DNA of 52,928 nt from Seison nebaliae (taxonomy: Eukaryota), in contig JALJEE010000800.1 of the NCBI GenBank assembly GCA_023231475.1, positions 1 through 52,928 on the forward strand, read 5' to 3'. The notes under the pieces are model-generated. The model saw nothing but the letters and a program-made list of their open reading frames with translations. It made no database searches and had not been told where the DNA came from. Every line of letters begins with the position of its first letter. Positions within the stretch are counted from its first letter, which is position 1. Made by a program: the position numbers and the translations under genes. Below are positions 11,761-27,000 of the stretch, one piece after another.

Positions 11761-12823
11761 ATGAATAAAATTGCAATGCCAATTGGTGGCATAAGAAATT
11801 GGAGGAATTTGAATGAAATTCAACGACGTTTCTTTTTCCGACGAACTGAATTCGAGAAATTGCATGAAGGTTAGTAGTGTGGATGGAGGAAGAGAAATTG
11901 ATAGAATTAAATTTTCTCCTTTGACTATTAGAGAAAAGAGAATTGAATATCGTGATGAATGGCGAACTTTATCGTTTCAGAAACGATGGAAATATTTGAA
12001 ATATTTCCTTCGAGTCAAATATGAAATTTTCCAAAAGAATTTTAAAAAATTCAATCAAATGACTAAATTCATATCGTTTCATGGAGCATATCAATATTTG
12101 TATGAATTTAAAGATATGTCGACGGAATGTCAAAAATATTTACGAATGACAAATGAAGAGATCGATCAAATACCAAAACTGGCTTTAATGTTCCGAAATA
12201 AGGATTGTCAAATGGATTTACAAAGGAATTTATATTTCCCTTATTTCACCATCTCAACCGATAAGGATGAAGGTGTGGGACAATCAGATGCATATTTAAC
12301 TTCGACGGCAGATAATAATTTAAAGTTTTATGGTGAATTGAACACGATACCGGTAAGTGATGGAAAAACAAAATATTCGGGATTCGCTTCTTTTTCTTCA
12401 CTTCCAACATTCAATTTTTTCGGAAAAGAAGAACCGATGAATTGGCAACATTTCAATTGTCTAGTGATTCGATGTCGTGGAGATGGTCGGACGTATATGA
12501 TGAACTTGTTTACCAGAGGCGTCATCAATTGTGATCAGGCGCAATTCGATTTACATTCGTTTCCACTTTATACTCGTGGCGGTCCCTATTGGCAGACGGC
12601 GAAGATTCCGTTCAATCGTTTTTTCTTTCAAGCAGCTGGAAGAATTCAAGATCGGCAAAGTCGATTACTATCGGAAAAGGTTTATGGATTAGGAATATTA
12701 TTGGGCGACACATATGACGGAAAATTCAATTTGGAGATCGATTACATTGCATTGTTGAAAGATGACAGTATTAATGAATACATGCCATATGAAAGTTATC
12801 GTATTCCACGATTTACTATCTGA
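11761..12823 (+). CDS. NDUFAF1: Complex I assembly factor NDUFAF1/CIA30 (5' end uncertain: ATG 11761 with a possible intron from 11870, or ATG 11813)
   Basis: CIA30 motifs TDKDEGVGQSDA, YSGFAS, RCRGDGRTYMMNL, LYTRGGPYWQTAKIPFNRFF, GRIQDRQ and DGKFNLEIDYI. The frame from 11761 gives an Arg-rich targeting-like peptide. Confidence 0.9.
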
Positions 12824-13486
12824 TGAAAAAGAGAGAAAGAAAAAAAGAAAGAGTAATTGACAATTAGAATTTTCCTTGTGAAAAAAGATTATGACAAGTT
12901 TCTTCCGTAATTGATTGATTAAACGAATAAAATTAATTGTTCTTTAACTGTGTTATGTGGAGTAGGAATTGACTCTTAAAGTTAGATAAAGATAAATGGA
13001 TAGATGGATAGATGGAGATGTTTATTTCCTCTTTTAAATTAAATTGTTTGTAAGAACGTGAAGAATTATGAAGATGAAGATGAATGACTTTATTTACTTT
13101 GCGTTCATCGCAAATTGTGAATATCGTTGCCACTTTGTAATTTCTTTCTTTTTTTTTGTGCTAATTGTTATCATTAAAAGAAGGAGAGAATTGTTTGAAT
13201 AATAGTTTCGAAGGAAAATCTGAATGAATAGATCATATAAACATTTTTATTGTTTACTGTTGTTGATGACCTAAAAAGAAAAGAAACGTGAATGAGATGA
13301 ACCAGGTTCATGCCGCTAATTAGACCAATGTTCAAATCGTTTTCTTCTGACTGATTCATCAGGTTTTATTACCATCATCATCATCATATTTGTTTCTTCT
13401 ATCAACTGACTGCAATCATTCTATTCCTACACTTCTATATCATCAGTTGTGTCTCGGTTATTTAAAGAGAATATATATTCTCCTTC

Positions 13487-16400
13487 ATGATGATCTTTCG
13501 TGATGAGAGGAAATTTCTGATTTTTCTCATCCTTTTCGTTCGGTCCGTTCTCACTACCAACTACTGTGTCGAATATACGGATAGTAAAGTTAGGAGAAAA
13601 TTTCGTGTCATTCTAAACCTAAATCTTCCAATTTCTAAAAGACGATGAGCGAACATCGAATCAAAGAAGTGAATAATCTTAAAGATACTCAATATTTGTG
13701 CGATCTGTTGAACGTTGACGACGAGATTGAATTTAAAGATTCTAAGAAATACTCTTTCAAATTATTAACCGTCGACCATAAACATATTTTCATTCAAGGT
13801 CGAGTGGATCGAGAATCGGTTAGGATTTTCTCTTAAACACTTCAAAGAAAATTGAGAGTATTTATCTCCTTTCATTTATATCTTTAGATTTGCAATGCGA
13901 ATAGCGAAGTGCGAATGATTTATAAACCGAAAAATTTCATTGATAAAGTTCAATTTATTCCTCCAACCGAATAATATGAGATCGTTAATTTCAGGAGTTT
14001 GCCATACGTGTCGATGATATTGAGGACGAACCACCAACAATATCAGCATCTGCCAACTATGTCGAATTGGATGAAGTTGGATAAATATTGTTCATTTTCT
14101 TCTATTAGTTTCATTTCTCTGATTTAGACTATGCCATTGCAACATACTATTGTGTTATTGACGATCGAAGATAAAGATCTTAGAATGAATAACATGAAAA
14201 TTCATTTGAAGGTTTCCTCTTTTACCACATGCCTATCTAGATAAATTAGCGCATTGAAATAGTGTAAGTGTTTGTCGAAGGAGAATGTGACTTGTCAGGA
14301 TCATTTCGATATCCAGAGTGATGGTGACATGTATAAGAAAGTAATCAATGATTGTTCTTTGGGGACGATGCAACGATATAAAATCATCATCCGACGACCA
14401 TTGAATTATGAGGAGTGTAAGGAATATCAAATTAAGTATACAATCAAAAATTACAATGAATCAGTTAGTCCTCTCCGTCTCATGTTTATTTGCTTATCCT
14501 TCTCTTCTCTTCTCTTCATTTCCATCTTATCTTCCCTGACTCCTCACATTAGTCTACCTCATTTGACAAACGACAATACGAACTGAAAGTTAAAGTTCGC
14601 GATGTCATTGACGACCCACCGTTCGTTGAATTATTACGAAATGAAATGCCAACAAATAACATTGAAATTCTCGAACAATCCGATCGTTTCGTTGAACAAT
14701 TGCGAGTTGACTGCAAAAGTAGAGATGGATCATTCACTCCCTCAATTCATTATCAATCACATTATCAAAATCGATTGTTGAAAGAGTTCAAACGGAAAGA
14801 ATGTCTTCAATTGAAACAAATCGAGAATATTCATCATCATAATTGTTCCATCAAATGGCAATTACAATCGAATTGTTGGTTTGATTCCAAATCCATCTAT
14901 CGTGATGATGATGAATGGAATTCGGATTATCAAAAATTATTAATAAAATCTCAATTCATCACAATAAAAGTTTCTCACTTTCTTCCTCTTCTTCTTCATC
15001 TTACGACGATTAAATGAATTGATGTCAATGTCAGGTCGTTCATAATGATTGTTCATATGCGGAAAGATTTTGTTCGAATTCCATTCGAATTCGAATACTG
15101 TTCAAAGATATCGATAATCATCAAGTTCAACTGCTTAATAATACACAATGTCGTCATCATATCCAATTGAACGATGCTCTAGTGAGAGAAACGTATATCA
15201 TTCCCAACTGGTATTGTATAATGGGAGATGAAGATATCGATAAATCGAATAATGAATTTTGTGTAATCTCATCGGATGAACGATTCCTACCCGAATTCCA
15301 ACGAACGAAAACGAATAAATCAAATAAGAAAGATAAGTTACTTCTACGAATCAGGAAGGCAAATCAGATTGAACGTCATCGGAAGATTCGGTTCAATCTC
15401 CGCATCTTCCGAGGTGATTGTTCTCATCAAAAATTCGTCAAATCTTTCCCTCTCGAATTGGAGCGTATTCTCTTCAATAATTCTCCTCCGAAAATTAATC
15501 TATTACAAGACAATTCCATTCGACTCCAAGAAAAGTTATATGTTAAACAAGAAATTCTCAAATTTTACGTAATCGACATTGATGAAGATGAATTCGAAAC
15601 GACTCTCCAATCCACTTGTTTATTCAACAAGTTTCTTTTAAGTTTTAAGAAAGTAAATTTCGAAAAATTTTTTATTTTTCATTCCAATTTTCAAATAGTT
15701 ATAATATTGAGATTGAGAAAATTGAACGGAGAAAAAATCGGATTGATTATCGATTATTGATTAGTGGGGAGTTGGATGCAGAAGAGATATCGATCATCAA
15801 TTTGAAAATCATCTCTACCGACTCACATGGAATGAATGACGAGAAGAATATCGAAATAAAAATAATCGATGTTGATGATAATCTCCCAAAAATTAAAGTG
15901 ATCTTTCGACACACGTCCCTCAATATCGACATGATGTACGAGGGAGAAATGAATCTGATGAAACCGAAGAAAAATAATGAAACCAAATTTCTCTGGTTGT
16001 CATCTCAATTGCTTTATATTATTGAAGTTTTTTCTTCTTCTATTTCAAATTCATATCCATCTTTTTTCACAGTTATCGGATTTAGATGTCAATGAGAAAA
16101 TGGATTCGTTATCGATAAGAATGAACATTCGTCCGAAAGAGGTTGAGGAACATTTCGCTCTCGAGAGAATGAATGACGTTTTGGTGAAACATATTGAGAA
16201 GACTTTTGAATTAAATTCAGGAAGAAGAACAAAATTCTTTTGCATAAAAATGTTAAAACGGATCTATTTGGAGAAAGTCGTCGACAAAGAAATATTCATT
16301 GAATTGACTCCTTATGATTCAGGTTTGTGATTGGGGAATTAAGTTGAATGAATTATTTAATTTGAATTTCAGTTTCAGAAATTCAAGGTGATAATGTCGA

Positions 16401-17958
16401 TATTTTGATACGAGTAAAAGATAAGAATAATCATCCGCCCAAACTTTACCAGATGGGAAGTGATGGTAAGAAAGAATTGAAGAGAGTTAAAGGGAACATA
16501 TTGAGAAGAATTGAAAATTCACAAAAATTATATAGAAAGAAAGAATTGAATGATTTCTTATTATTCTCTGATGATGATACTGATGAGAGAAATCGACGTC
16601 ATTATCTTCCTCCATCTACTCCATGTCAATTAAGTAATAGAAATGAGACGAATGTGGTTGGGAGAATTATCGAGTTTAACGAAAATGGGAAGGAACAACT
16701 CATTTATCCGAATATGAGAATTCCAATTTTCATAGATGAGAATGACGAGAATGGTCGAATGGAATGTATCGTCAATCTGTTTACGGGTAACAAAAAGAAT
16801 TATTATTCATATGATCTCCAAATAGAATTGGATGGAAATTCACGTTAGTTTTCATTTCAATATAAATTATTATATAAATTTTTTTTTCCATATTTATTAA
16901 TTTATTAATTTTTCATTTTCATTACTTCAACAGTTTCGCGACATCAGAAAAAGAAGAATTCATGGAAATTTTATCTACCTCCAATTACTTTCGGATTTGG
17001 TTTTGGATTCGGATTATTCTGTTGTTGTTGTTGTCGCCGAAGACGATCTTGCTGTTGTTGTTGTTGTCCATCATGTTGTCGTGGTGATGGTAGAAGATGG
17101 AAACATCGTAGAAAAAGATCGTCATCATCATCGTCATCTAGTTCATCATCTTCATCCTCATCAGATTGTCGTAGTTCGAATGTGAGTCATTTGGATGAGA
17201 TTGAGGAAAAGAGTAAATTGAAAAATGAGAAAGATGATGAAATTAATGGCAATAATTTAATGGAGAAAGTGGAGTCATATGTGAAACCGTTTCAACGGTT
17301 ATGCTCCAATCTTTCACTATTGCCCGCACCTACTACTCAACAGTCGATAACGAAGAAAGATATAAAATTCCCTAAAAATTTACCTGAACAGCGTAATATT
17401 GATTCGATGAGGGTGGATGAAAATCAGAAAGCGATCGATTTACGACGAATAACTGAAGCTGAAGTCAACGTAAATGAGCGTAATGATATCGAATTGAGGA
17501 ATATTAGCGAACTACATCTACAACCAACTTTACAACGACAACAAATGGTCCAATTTATTCCAGAACATTCAAAATTTAATCAATCTTCTCTCAGAACTGA
17601 ATCGACGGCAACTTATCATGGCACATCGTCAGGCCCATCAGATAATGCCGAGGAAACACTGAATGATATATCTCAAGGCATTTATGAAGGAGCAGATAAT
17701 TTGAACGACGGTCAAGTATATTTGGAACCTGAATATCGACAGTTTCCGTTAAATCCTCTCAATGACAATAACGTCATTTATCAACATAATAATTCTCAAT
17801 ACCAAAATCAAAATAATTTGCGTGAAGATTTTATGCAAGCTCAAAATAATACCATTCATTATTCGTTGACAAATGACGAACGTGGACATTACGCTCCACC
17901 GTCCGATTCGAAATATCGACGGAATTACGTTAAAATACAATTGTCTAATCCTCATTAG
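13487..17958 (+). CDS. Non-classical cadherin: signal peptide, ~6-7 divergent EC repeats, TM with a cysteine string, cytoplasmic tail; 12 exons
   Basis: 11 GTT..AG introns join the fragments into one frame. Ca-binding motifs include VDRES, DDIEDEPP, PLNYEE, DVIDDPP, FNNSPP, LDAEE, DVDDNLP and DKNNHPP. The N-terminal hydrophobic stretch is FLIFLILFV. No catenin-binding motif was recognised. Confidence 0.85.
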
Positions 17959-20900
17959 TTATCTTCGAAAAATTTCTCATATCAACATTTAAGTTTCTAT
18001 TAAATTATACGTGTCATATAATATAATTTTTTTTTCCATTTATTACATTTTATGAAAATCCAATTTTTTCATTCGAACGTATTTCCACATTTGATGATGA
18101 TTTCAGTTTGATGATATCGATAATTATCGATATCGAAATGATGAGAAACTTTTAAAAGAGATTGAAATAAAAATAAATTGAAATTCAATAGACGATGTTA
18201 ATCGTTGAATAATATCCAGGACAATCGTTGGACGTTTACAACAGTTGAACTTGTAAATTAAGAACATAAGTCGACATAAATTTCTTATGGAATTTATTGT
18301 GATATATTTATCATTGACGATTGTCATAATATTCGCATAAAACTATAAACATATGAGCTGTTTATCACAAAAAAATGATGCACATAGGAATGATGGTAGA
18401 GTTGCTCCTCCTCTTCCAACTCTGTTCCAAAGATTAAATCAATTATATTTATTTGGTTCACTTGCTTCGAGATATACGAATAAATTTGAAGTTTCTACGA
18501 CTTACTTCCGTTTGAAGAAGAAATAAATGAAGAAATGATCAGAGAATGAGGATAATTATATTTTCTTCTTTATTCTAATACCAAATTAAATGGAAAAAGA
18601 ATTATAAAACAAACTGTTGTTTTATGGTTGAAAATGTGAAGGTCAGGTTCGGAGTGGGGTGAACCTGGAGGGGAGGATAGAAGAAAGAAAGGACAGCTGC
18701 TTCCATTTCGTAAGATAATGCGAAATTTCTAGAATCTCTGCACAGATTTATTTTATATATATACATAATTCTTCCCATCAAAACAATTAGAAGTGGTTCA
18801 CATGTAAGAAATGATTATTATTATAATGATGATGATCAGTCAATGATCATTATTCTGATGGTAGAGGAGAATCTTTGCCTTTTCATACTATTTCGTAAAC
18901 ACGTTTACATTTATCGTTCAGATGAGAAAGGAGCAAGAAGAAAGAGAAGATTTTTTAGTGAACAAATATATTTTGTGAAAAAAAATTGAAAATAAATCAG
19001 TTTCTATTACCAATCTCCGTATGGGAGGGGAGGCGGGAGGATAGATGACTGAGAAGCAAATTATTTCTTTCTTGGGTAATATAGATCAGGAGAAGAAGAA
19101 GAAGAAGAAGAAGATTTTATTCATTTCCAATGATATTATATCATCTTCCTCCACAACACTCAACATAAAATGATTGAAAAGTATAATAAATAAGTTATGA
19201 GAATCAGATGAGCTCTACGGATAGAATTCCAAATAAATATTTTCTTTACTCGGAGAAACAAAACATTTCTTCTCAAATAAAACTAATTCATTCCTTATAA
19301 AATTGACTTGTTACATTGCTCTTCATTAAGATCATGATCAATCATGGAACTAACTTTCCCCATTTCCTAAGTGTTACACTACAAATATGAAAGAATGTTA
19401 CTATATCATCAATGATTCAATTGATTATTTTGAAGAAAAAGAAAAAACATATTTCACAAAAACATTTTCTCTCTTCTTTGAGAGAACGGAATAGTTTTTG
19501 AATGAGAGAACTTAAATTTTTTTCATTGAAAGAAAAAATGATATTTTATTGTCAGTTACGTTTCTGGGGAATTCTGTCGAGATCACTTCAATTTATTAGG
19601 TAATTGTGACATGTGAGATAAAGTGAAGAAATTTGAAAGTTCCGATTGGAATCGATATGTTTATTAAGAATGATTATTGATTGATTTGAAAGGGAATTTC
19701 CATGAGATAATCGTTATGTCGATTCCTACATGTCATTTATCCATTTCGGAGCAGTTAGCACTGTTGTGCTGGTAGTTGTTGGAGTTTTGACTCCTCCTCC
19801 TCTTCTTCTTCTACTTCGTCTACCATTTAATTTGGCAGGAGACTGATGGTGGGGACTACATACGTATTCATAGTAGTAGGTAGTAATAGTAGTAGTAGTA
19901 GTCATAGTGAATGATGAAAGTGATTAAAAGTTTGATATTTTGTTTAGTGGAAGGTGAAAATAGGCAAAAGGATCGAGGTGAAATGTATTCCAGATGCATT
20001 AATGATTATGTCGATCTGTTCATTTTGCCAATAAACATTTCAACTTGTATCAACGATATTCACTTTATGACTTTATATGTTCCATCTCCCACCCTAACAT
20101 TTTCGGCGTAAGTACTTCCCATACGAAGATATGATACCTCACCTCACCACCCTCTTTCAATGCCGAACTGTACCCTGCTATGTACTTCTCCTATTTTTTG
20201 TCTAATCGAACATGTAGGTGAGAGAATTGTAAATAAATTTTAATTTTTTTCTTTTTCGTTCTCATCCTTCCTTCTGCCCCCCTTCCTTCCTTCCTTTTCC
20301 GATACAGATCTATCAAATTTTTCTTATTCAAAATTTCCCTTAGATTACTAAAATATATTCGAGAGAACAATTGGAAGAAGCAGAGAAGCAATTTCTCGTT
20401 CCACATCTGCTTCTTCATTCTGAGAAGATTATAATAACTTCTAATCTTCCATCAACTTATTTCATATTTCCATTTTTTCTGCTTCACAAAACTCCAACAA
20501 TAAAAGACGATCAAACAAATAACGAAAATAACTCTGTATATAAATGAAGAAGTGAATGAAGAATCTTTCCAATTAATTTCGGATTCCAATTATTCGTCTG
20601 ACAATTAATTAAGTGACGACAATCAACTCATTCATCAGATTACGTAAGTGTGGGAAGAAGAAGGTACATTGGGAAAATCAGGAAGAAGAAAAAAGGTTCG
20701 TTTGGAATGAAACTACTCTAGTCGGCACAAACTCAACGAAAGAAAAGTGAAGATATTGGACGAAAGTAGTTTGTTAATAAAGGTTAATCTTCTTAACATC
20801 TTTCATCAAATTTGAAATTTATTTTTTTTGAGTAAAATTTCTGGAAAATTTTTTTAATTAAAAATTTCCCATTCGATTCTCCTTTTTCTGCTCCATAACA

Positions 20901-23829
20901 ATCATGATAATAATGATGATATTCGATGCCATTTTTCCTACTCTATTTAATGAGGTTCGTGTAGATATGTTATATAATTTTATGTAACAAATTGTTGTGT
21001 GTGATTATGTGCATGTATGCGTAACGATAATATAATATGTCGTCATATAAATAAAATCTCAATGTTCTCACTTCATACGTACTTGAAGTTGTAAGAAAAT
21101 TATTTGAAAAGTTCAATTAATGATATTTTCTCTTTCGAAAAATAAAAATAACATTCGCTACAAATATTAATAATTGGGAAGAAAAACAAGAGAGACTCCC
21201 ATTCACTTATTCCAATAAGTGAATCGAAGTGACTTCCATGAACTTACATATCAATCAAAAAGTTAGTACAGGTAGCAGAATAACACTACTACTACTACTA
21301 CTATTATCCATTTCCCATCACATAAATTGCCCGAGATGTGCTAAAGAACAAATATAGTTTTATCTCGTCGAGATGTCAACTTCATCTGTCTCATATGTGA
21401 AATGGATGAAATTCTCTCATCCATCCATTCATCCATTGGAAAGGACATATGTTCTCGTTCTAGACTCCAATAATGTTCACGTGTTCACCCTCGAGATGAC
21501 ATGAAAATTTTATGGCCGGAAAACCTCATGAGTTCCGTTACTCATCATCGTCAATATCATTCATCGGAAGTAGACGAATGTTTATGTCAATTAAAATTTA
21601 TTAGAATATTAGATTTGCATAGAAAACTTTCGGAGTAAAACTTCAAAAACACATCGAATTAGGAAGGCAGATTCTCCAAACCACTTATCAGACACGAATA
21701 AAAAGAAGTTATCGGACGGAATATTCCTTCGGAATATTTTATGATTGATGATGTGGAACGATTAAGATGTTAGTGAGACAGTTCCATCGTTGAAAGTGAG
21801 TGCAGTAGTTAATTGATTGATCGATAGAATTTATCATTTTTATCGTCTATATCCGTAATTATATTACGTTTGCATCGGTAAGTATTCATGTAAATAAGGA
21901 ATGTATATAAGAATGAGAAGGTTGGAAGGGATAAGTGAGAGTGCAGCAGTTATCGTTGATGAGAGTACGAAATATTTATATTTTTATGTATATCGATGAA
22001 TAATTAATTGTGAGCGAACATTACTTAACGGATTGTGATGGAAAGTAGATTAAGTTAAATTAGAGGAAGACAAGTTAGATTGGTAAATTTTAGAATATCG
22101 ATTTCTTTCTGGGAAATCAGATCGATGACAATTGCTGCTTAATCTTTCCTTTCGATTCAAGGCGATATGTGGTTGATGAGTTTGAGTCTGAAGTCTAGAC
22201 TGTGTAATCATCTCCAAAACAATTTCTCACATTGACAGGGCAGGCTGGTGTTTTTATGTGCTAATCGAAATAATTGTGATAATTGTTATTGATAAGTATA
22301 TTGAGCGACAAATAAATAAGAAATTCCTATACACACACTACACTACACGCACACAATTATTCATCGATTCACAAGACGAATTGATGAATAAAAGGAACGT
22401 GATTATGTGAAAGTTGTTCGATGAACGTCCGTTGGAATAAGATTGAATTAGAGGGAATGTTGTATAAGACTCTCTTAAGATCGATCTGTGGAGATGGGCG
22501 GGAGGAATGGGCCGGCGATTCGCCCGAATGTGCACTGGAGTGTCGAAACGTGAGGGGAGTATATGTCGGTGAAATAATGAATAAGTAGAACGGAAGTAAG
22601 AATTATGATAATGGACAGAGTGCAATTGGTAGATCGTATATTATTGAAATGTACAACGAATGGTTGCGCCGTAATAAGTGATAGAAAGTTATTTTCCTTA
22701 TTAATTTCATTGAGAGTGAAGTCGTCGTATGCTACTAGTAATTTGTTGTGTATGACATTGAAATAATGTAATGGAATTGGGAGAACTATGCGATTTGAAA
22801 TGAAAAGAAGAAATGGGAAATAACTATGAATTTGTCAATATACCAATCGTTCTACACGTGCACATCAGTTCATTGGTATGAGATGTAATGAGAAGGAATT
22901 ATATTTATTTCAATTATTATCTGTCCATATCTATCGACATGCCACTAACTGCTCGTCAGATAAATCATACAGACAACACGTCTACACTCCACTATCCAAC
23001 TGTTACGTATATGTAAAATTATTTTATTGTCTATTGTGTGATTTTGGTAGAAGAGGAATTCTTCCCTAGTCCGCCCCATTCGCCCAATACTACCACTATA
23101 ACACCAACACTATATTTCATTTTAGTACAAATAGATAAATTGTTCATCTCTGTTCCTCTCTGCCTCTCTCGTCTTATGATTCTCCTCGACGAATGTATCT
23201 TGTGCTCAATGAGTTCCATTTCCAATTTCGTTATTATTATTACACATACTTCTGCTTCTTCTTCTTCTTTTCCTTCTTTTTGTTTCTGCTTCTCCACTTA
23301 TCATCTGCCTTCTCTGATGACGATTGTGAGTCATTTGCTTTATCGATTTCATCTTTTCATTCAGTCTCGTCGTAGTTTGACTGGTACGTCTTCATATCAA
23401 CCATCACTCATCTGATAATCCAAAGATGGAAGTATCCTTCCGCTTCGGGACGATCTTCCATTCTCGCACCCTCCCCCTCCATCCAATCCTTAGACAAAGA
23501 GATCGCATTTAACATAAGATTCATGACAGAATATTATGCAAAATTCTATCTATCCCTATTTATGAAGACAAGTTTATACATAAATACATCACATCGGCAG
23601 ACGTTCGAACATTCGAATAATTAACATTAACTTCTTTATTATCGTGCATCGAAAATATAAATATTTGCAACAATTTACCTGACATCATTCTCATATACAA
23701 CGACCTCTGATGCATACGTACATCAATTCCATGAATGATGGTCCTGTCGAATCCAAAGTCAGATATTCCGAACAGAAGACTTCGCTCTCATTATCTCCAT
23801 CTTCATTCCCAGGAACAAATCATATTTCT

Positions 23830-23987
23830 CTTCTTCTTCTTCTTCTTCTTCTTCTTCTTCTTCTTCTTCTTCTTCTTCTACTACTTCTCTTATCGCCAAT
23901 GAAACATATTTTTTAATCCACCAAAAAAAACTATCAGTATTGTCTCGCATTATGTAATATTATATCACGTTCTTGCAAACAAATATT

Positions 23988-24026
<39 letters not shown>
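23830..24026. repeat. Microsatellites (CTT)n and (CAT)n
   Basis: Pure triplet runs at ~23830-23878 and ~23992-24026. Confidence 0.95.
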
Positions 24027-27000
24027 TATTCTCTTCCTCTTCTCTCATTCTTTCCCTCCCTTCTCCTCTTCCAATTTCTGCTTTTCTTTTCTAATCAACT
24101 TCTTCCTCATTCCAATATCCATTCACTTCCATCCATGTGTGGAGTGCATGATCCCATAGAAGAAAAGTTAAAATAAAAATATTCATTCTCCCAAATATCG
24201 ATTGATTTGACTTTTATTCGATATGTTGACGGGAAGTATACGAACTATCCCAATTACGTAATATCCTACTGGAATTTCATGATAACGAAGTCGCAAGTAT
24301 TATTGTTATCTAATTATTAATTAATCCACTTGGAAATCAGAGAATTTCGATTATCAAACTTGACTGCCATCGCACAAATTAAGGAATATGAAGATTTTTT
24401 GTAATTGAACACAATTGTATTTGCAAACAATTTTCGAGTATTTACTAATTCAATCATGTCAATTCTTGGCCAAGGCTTCCACATACTATTATCAGTAGTG
24501 AGACTGCTGTTGCTATTGAAACATTTCTTCGATTTATGCTAATTGGCATCGCGCCGATTCGAAGTTCATAGGTAAAATTCTCATCCATAAATGAATAGTT
24601 AAATCAGTCGAAAATTATTATGAATAGAAGGAGTTGCAATTGAGTTGAACTGGTCTTTAGATAAATGAAATGTTTCTCGTTAAATCATTTACTTTCCATT
24701 GAAAATCCATCAATTTCTTTCTCGTTCAAATCCTCTCGAAATGTTAACAGAATTAAATGACCATTCCTTACTTCAAATTCTGCTCATGAATAGTCATCAA
24801 ATCAAACGTCGTCATCCACTATCTTGGTTGAATGTCAACAGATTCTTCTTTTTCTTTTTCTCGTCTTCCAAACAACATTCTTCCATCTCAACCCACATAC
24901 CAATTGTATATTCGATGAATCGAATGGAATGGTTGTTTCATTTTTCAAGTTTTACAAATGAAGTATTTTAAAAGTTTCTTTAATTCTGTTTTTTTTGGGG
25001 GGAGGACATAGAAAATAATATTTCATTTGGAACTCGACAAAGTTGTTGTTTGGGGGTGTGGGAGAGATGGGAATGTTGTCGTTTGTTGGAAAGATTTTAA
25101 TTTGAGAATGAAAATCATGAGGAGGGTAGTCGAATGAAACTGTCGCGCAGACTGAACGATATTACCAAGTATATTATGTTAGATTAGCCTTCCTAATTAA
25201 ACACTGGGAATTATTTGGTAATCATAAGATGTCTGTTAGTTAGTGCTAGATATGACATATTATTAATGTGCTATTAGCTGGGAAAAGAAGTTGGGAGATA
25301 AGGAAGGAGATGTGGAATGGATGGAGGGATTCGAAGAGGAATGTCATTATTGTGGAAATGTTGATGGTAATGATAGAGAATGGATTTCAGTAGTTACTAG
25401 TCCAGATAGTACGCAAAATATTAGGGAAATTTTGTGTGTTGAATCGAAGCTAATAGGAAAATGATCTGTGTGTTTCTTTCTTTCATCTGATTCAATCATG
25501 TCATCCATTAACACTAATCGACGAAAAGGGCGGAATATCATAATGATCATAATTCTATGTACATCTTCAATTGGACGAGATATAGAAGTGTAATTGCCTT
25601 TTAATAGCGACGAGTGAGAAGAAATAATAAAATTTTCTTTAAGGAACAAACCAATTCTTTTCTTCGATTTACTTCATCCAAATGCGAATTCTCAACATGA
25701 CATTGATCACGGACGTATGTACTGCACCAACATGTAGGCTCGATAACAATCTCTTAATTTATTTCTCCCAACTTACAGTTCTATTCATTCTTCACAATTC
25801 TGTCCTTTCTAGTCAATCCGCTCCACTATCACCACCAAATCCAAAACTTGACTGGTGCACAATCTATATTCGATGCATATTCTTTGCACATTTATGACAG
25901 TTTCAATTAATGATGTTCCCCATGCATATATCGACATATCTATCAATCTTCTGATATTCATACAATTTTATTGTCTTCTATATCAATCTCCTCCTACATC
26001 ACCTCCTGCAACTCTCAGTCTCTCCCGCCGACTCCCTTTTCCACTTTCAAATTATTCAACTATTCAAATTCAGTGTTCTTGGTTCTTGGGAACTCTTAAG
26101 CTAAATGATATTTAATTACTTCAAAGTGCACACATGCATTCATTCACATTATAATTATTCGATCTTTATCTCCTTTACAATTCCGTTGTGTCAGTTTGTG
26201 GAATCTCGTTCTATATCGATCTCCTTCATAGTATCACCAATTAACAAAACAAGTTCGCCTTCTTTTCATTCACGTCGTGGCGACACCTGTTGAAAGTTCA
26301 TTAAACATTCCAAAACAATTTGGTTTTTTGTTTCAAGAGAACACGAAAATTTCCGTCAAGTAATTCTCGTGTATTTTATTTGAATAAAAATTAAATAATC
26401 TAATTAAAATTTAAAGAATCAACTGAATAGTGTGATCGAAGTTTTATTTGGTTGTTCGTTAAATCTTCTCCCCAATGGCACTGACTCAGTAACTAATTGA
26501 AGGAGAATCGAATTAATTGTTTTAGAAAAATAATAAGATATCGATCAGTGATGGAAATCGATTTATTTGCTTATTTATCCTGAGACGAATTGAGAGAATG
26601 GGCCCGCTACAATGTTGTGAGATATAGATAATTACTTTTTCTATTTTATTTCCGACTTAAACTTACAATTACTTGTACATTACGTATTTCATCATCGTAA
26701 TGATGAGATGCTTTACCAAATAATTAAATATCTATCAACGTTTATTGATAAATAGATTCGTCATTATTACTTCTCCATATCTACATTCTTTCCATTCTAC
26801 ATTTGCTTTCATGAAAATCCTTTTTTCCTTTTTTTACCGTTATTATTATCCTTAATCATTTCCCATTGTACATTGAAGAGTGCACATCGTTTGCACTAAA
26901 CGTTTATAAAGTTGCACTAATTAGATTAACGGAGGAGGAAGAGGAAGAATGGATGAAGAACGAACAGCCGTAAAATGATGGAACACATAAATGATGAGAT

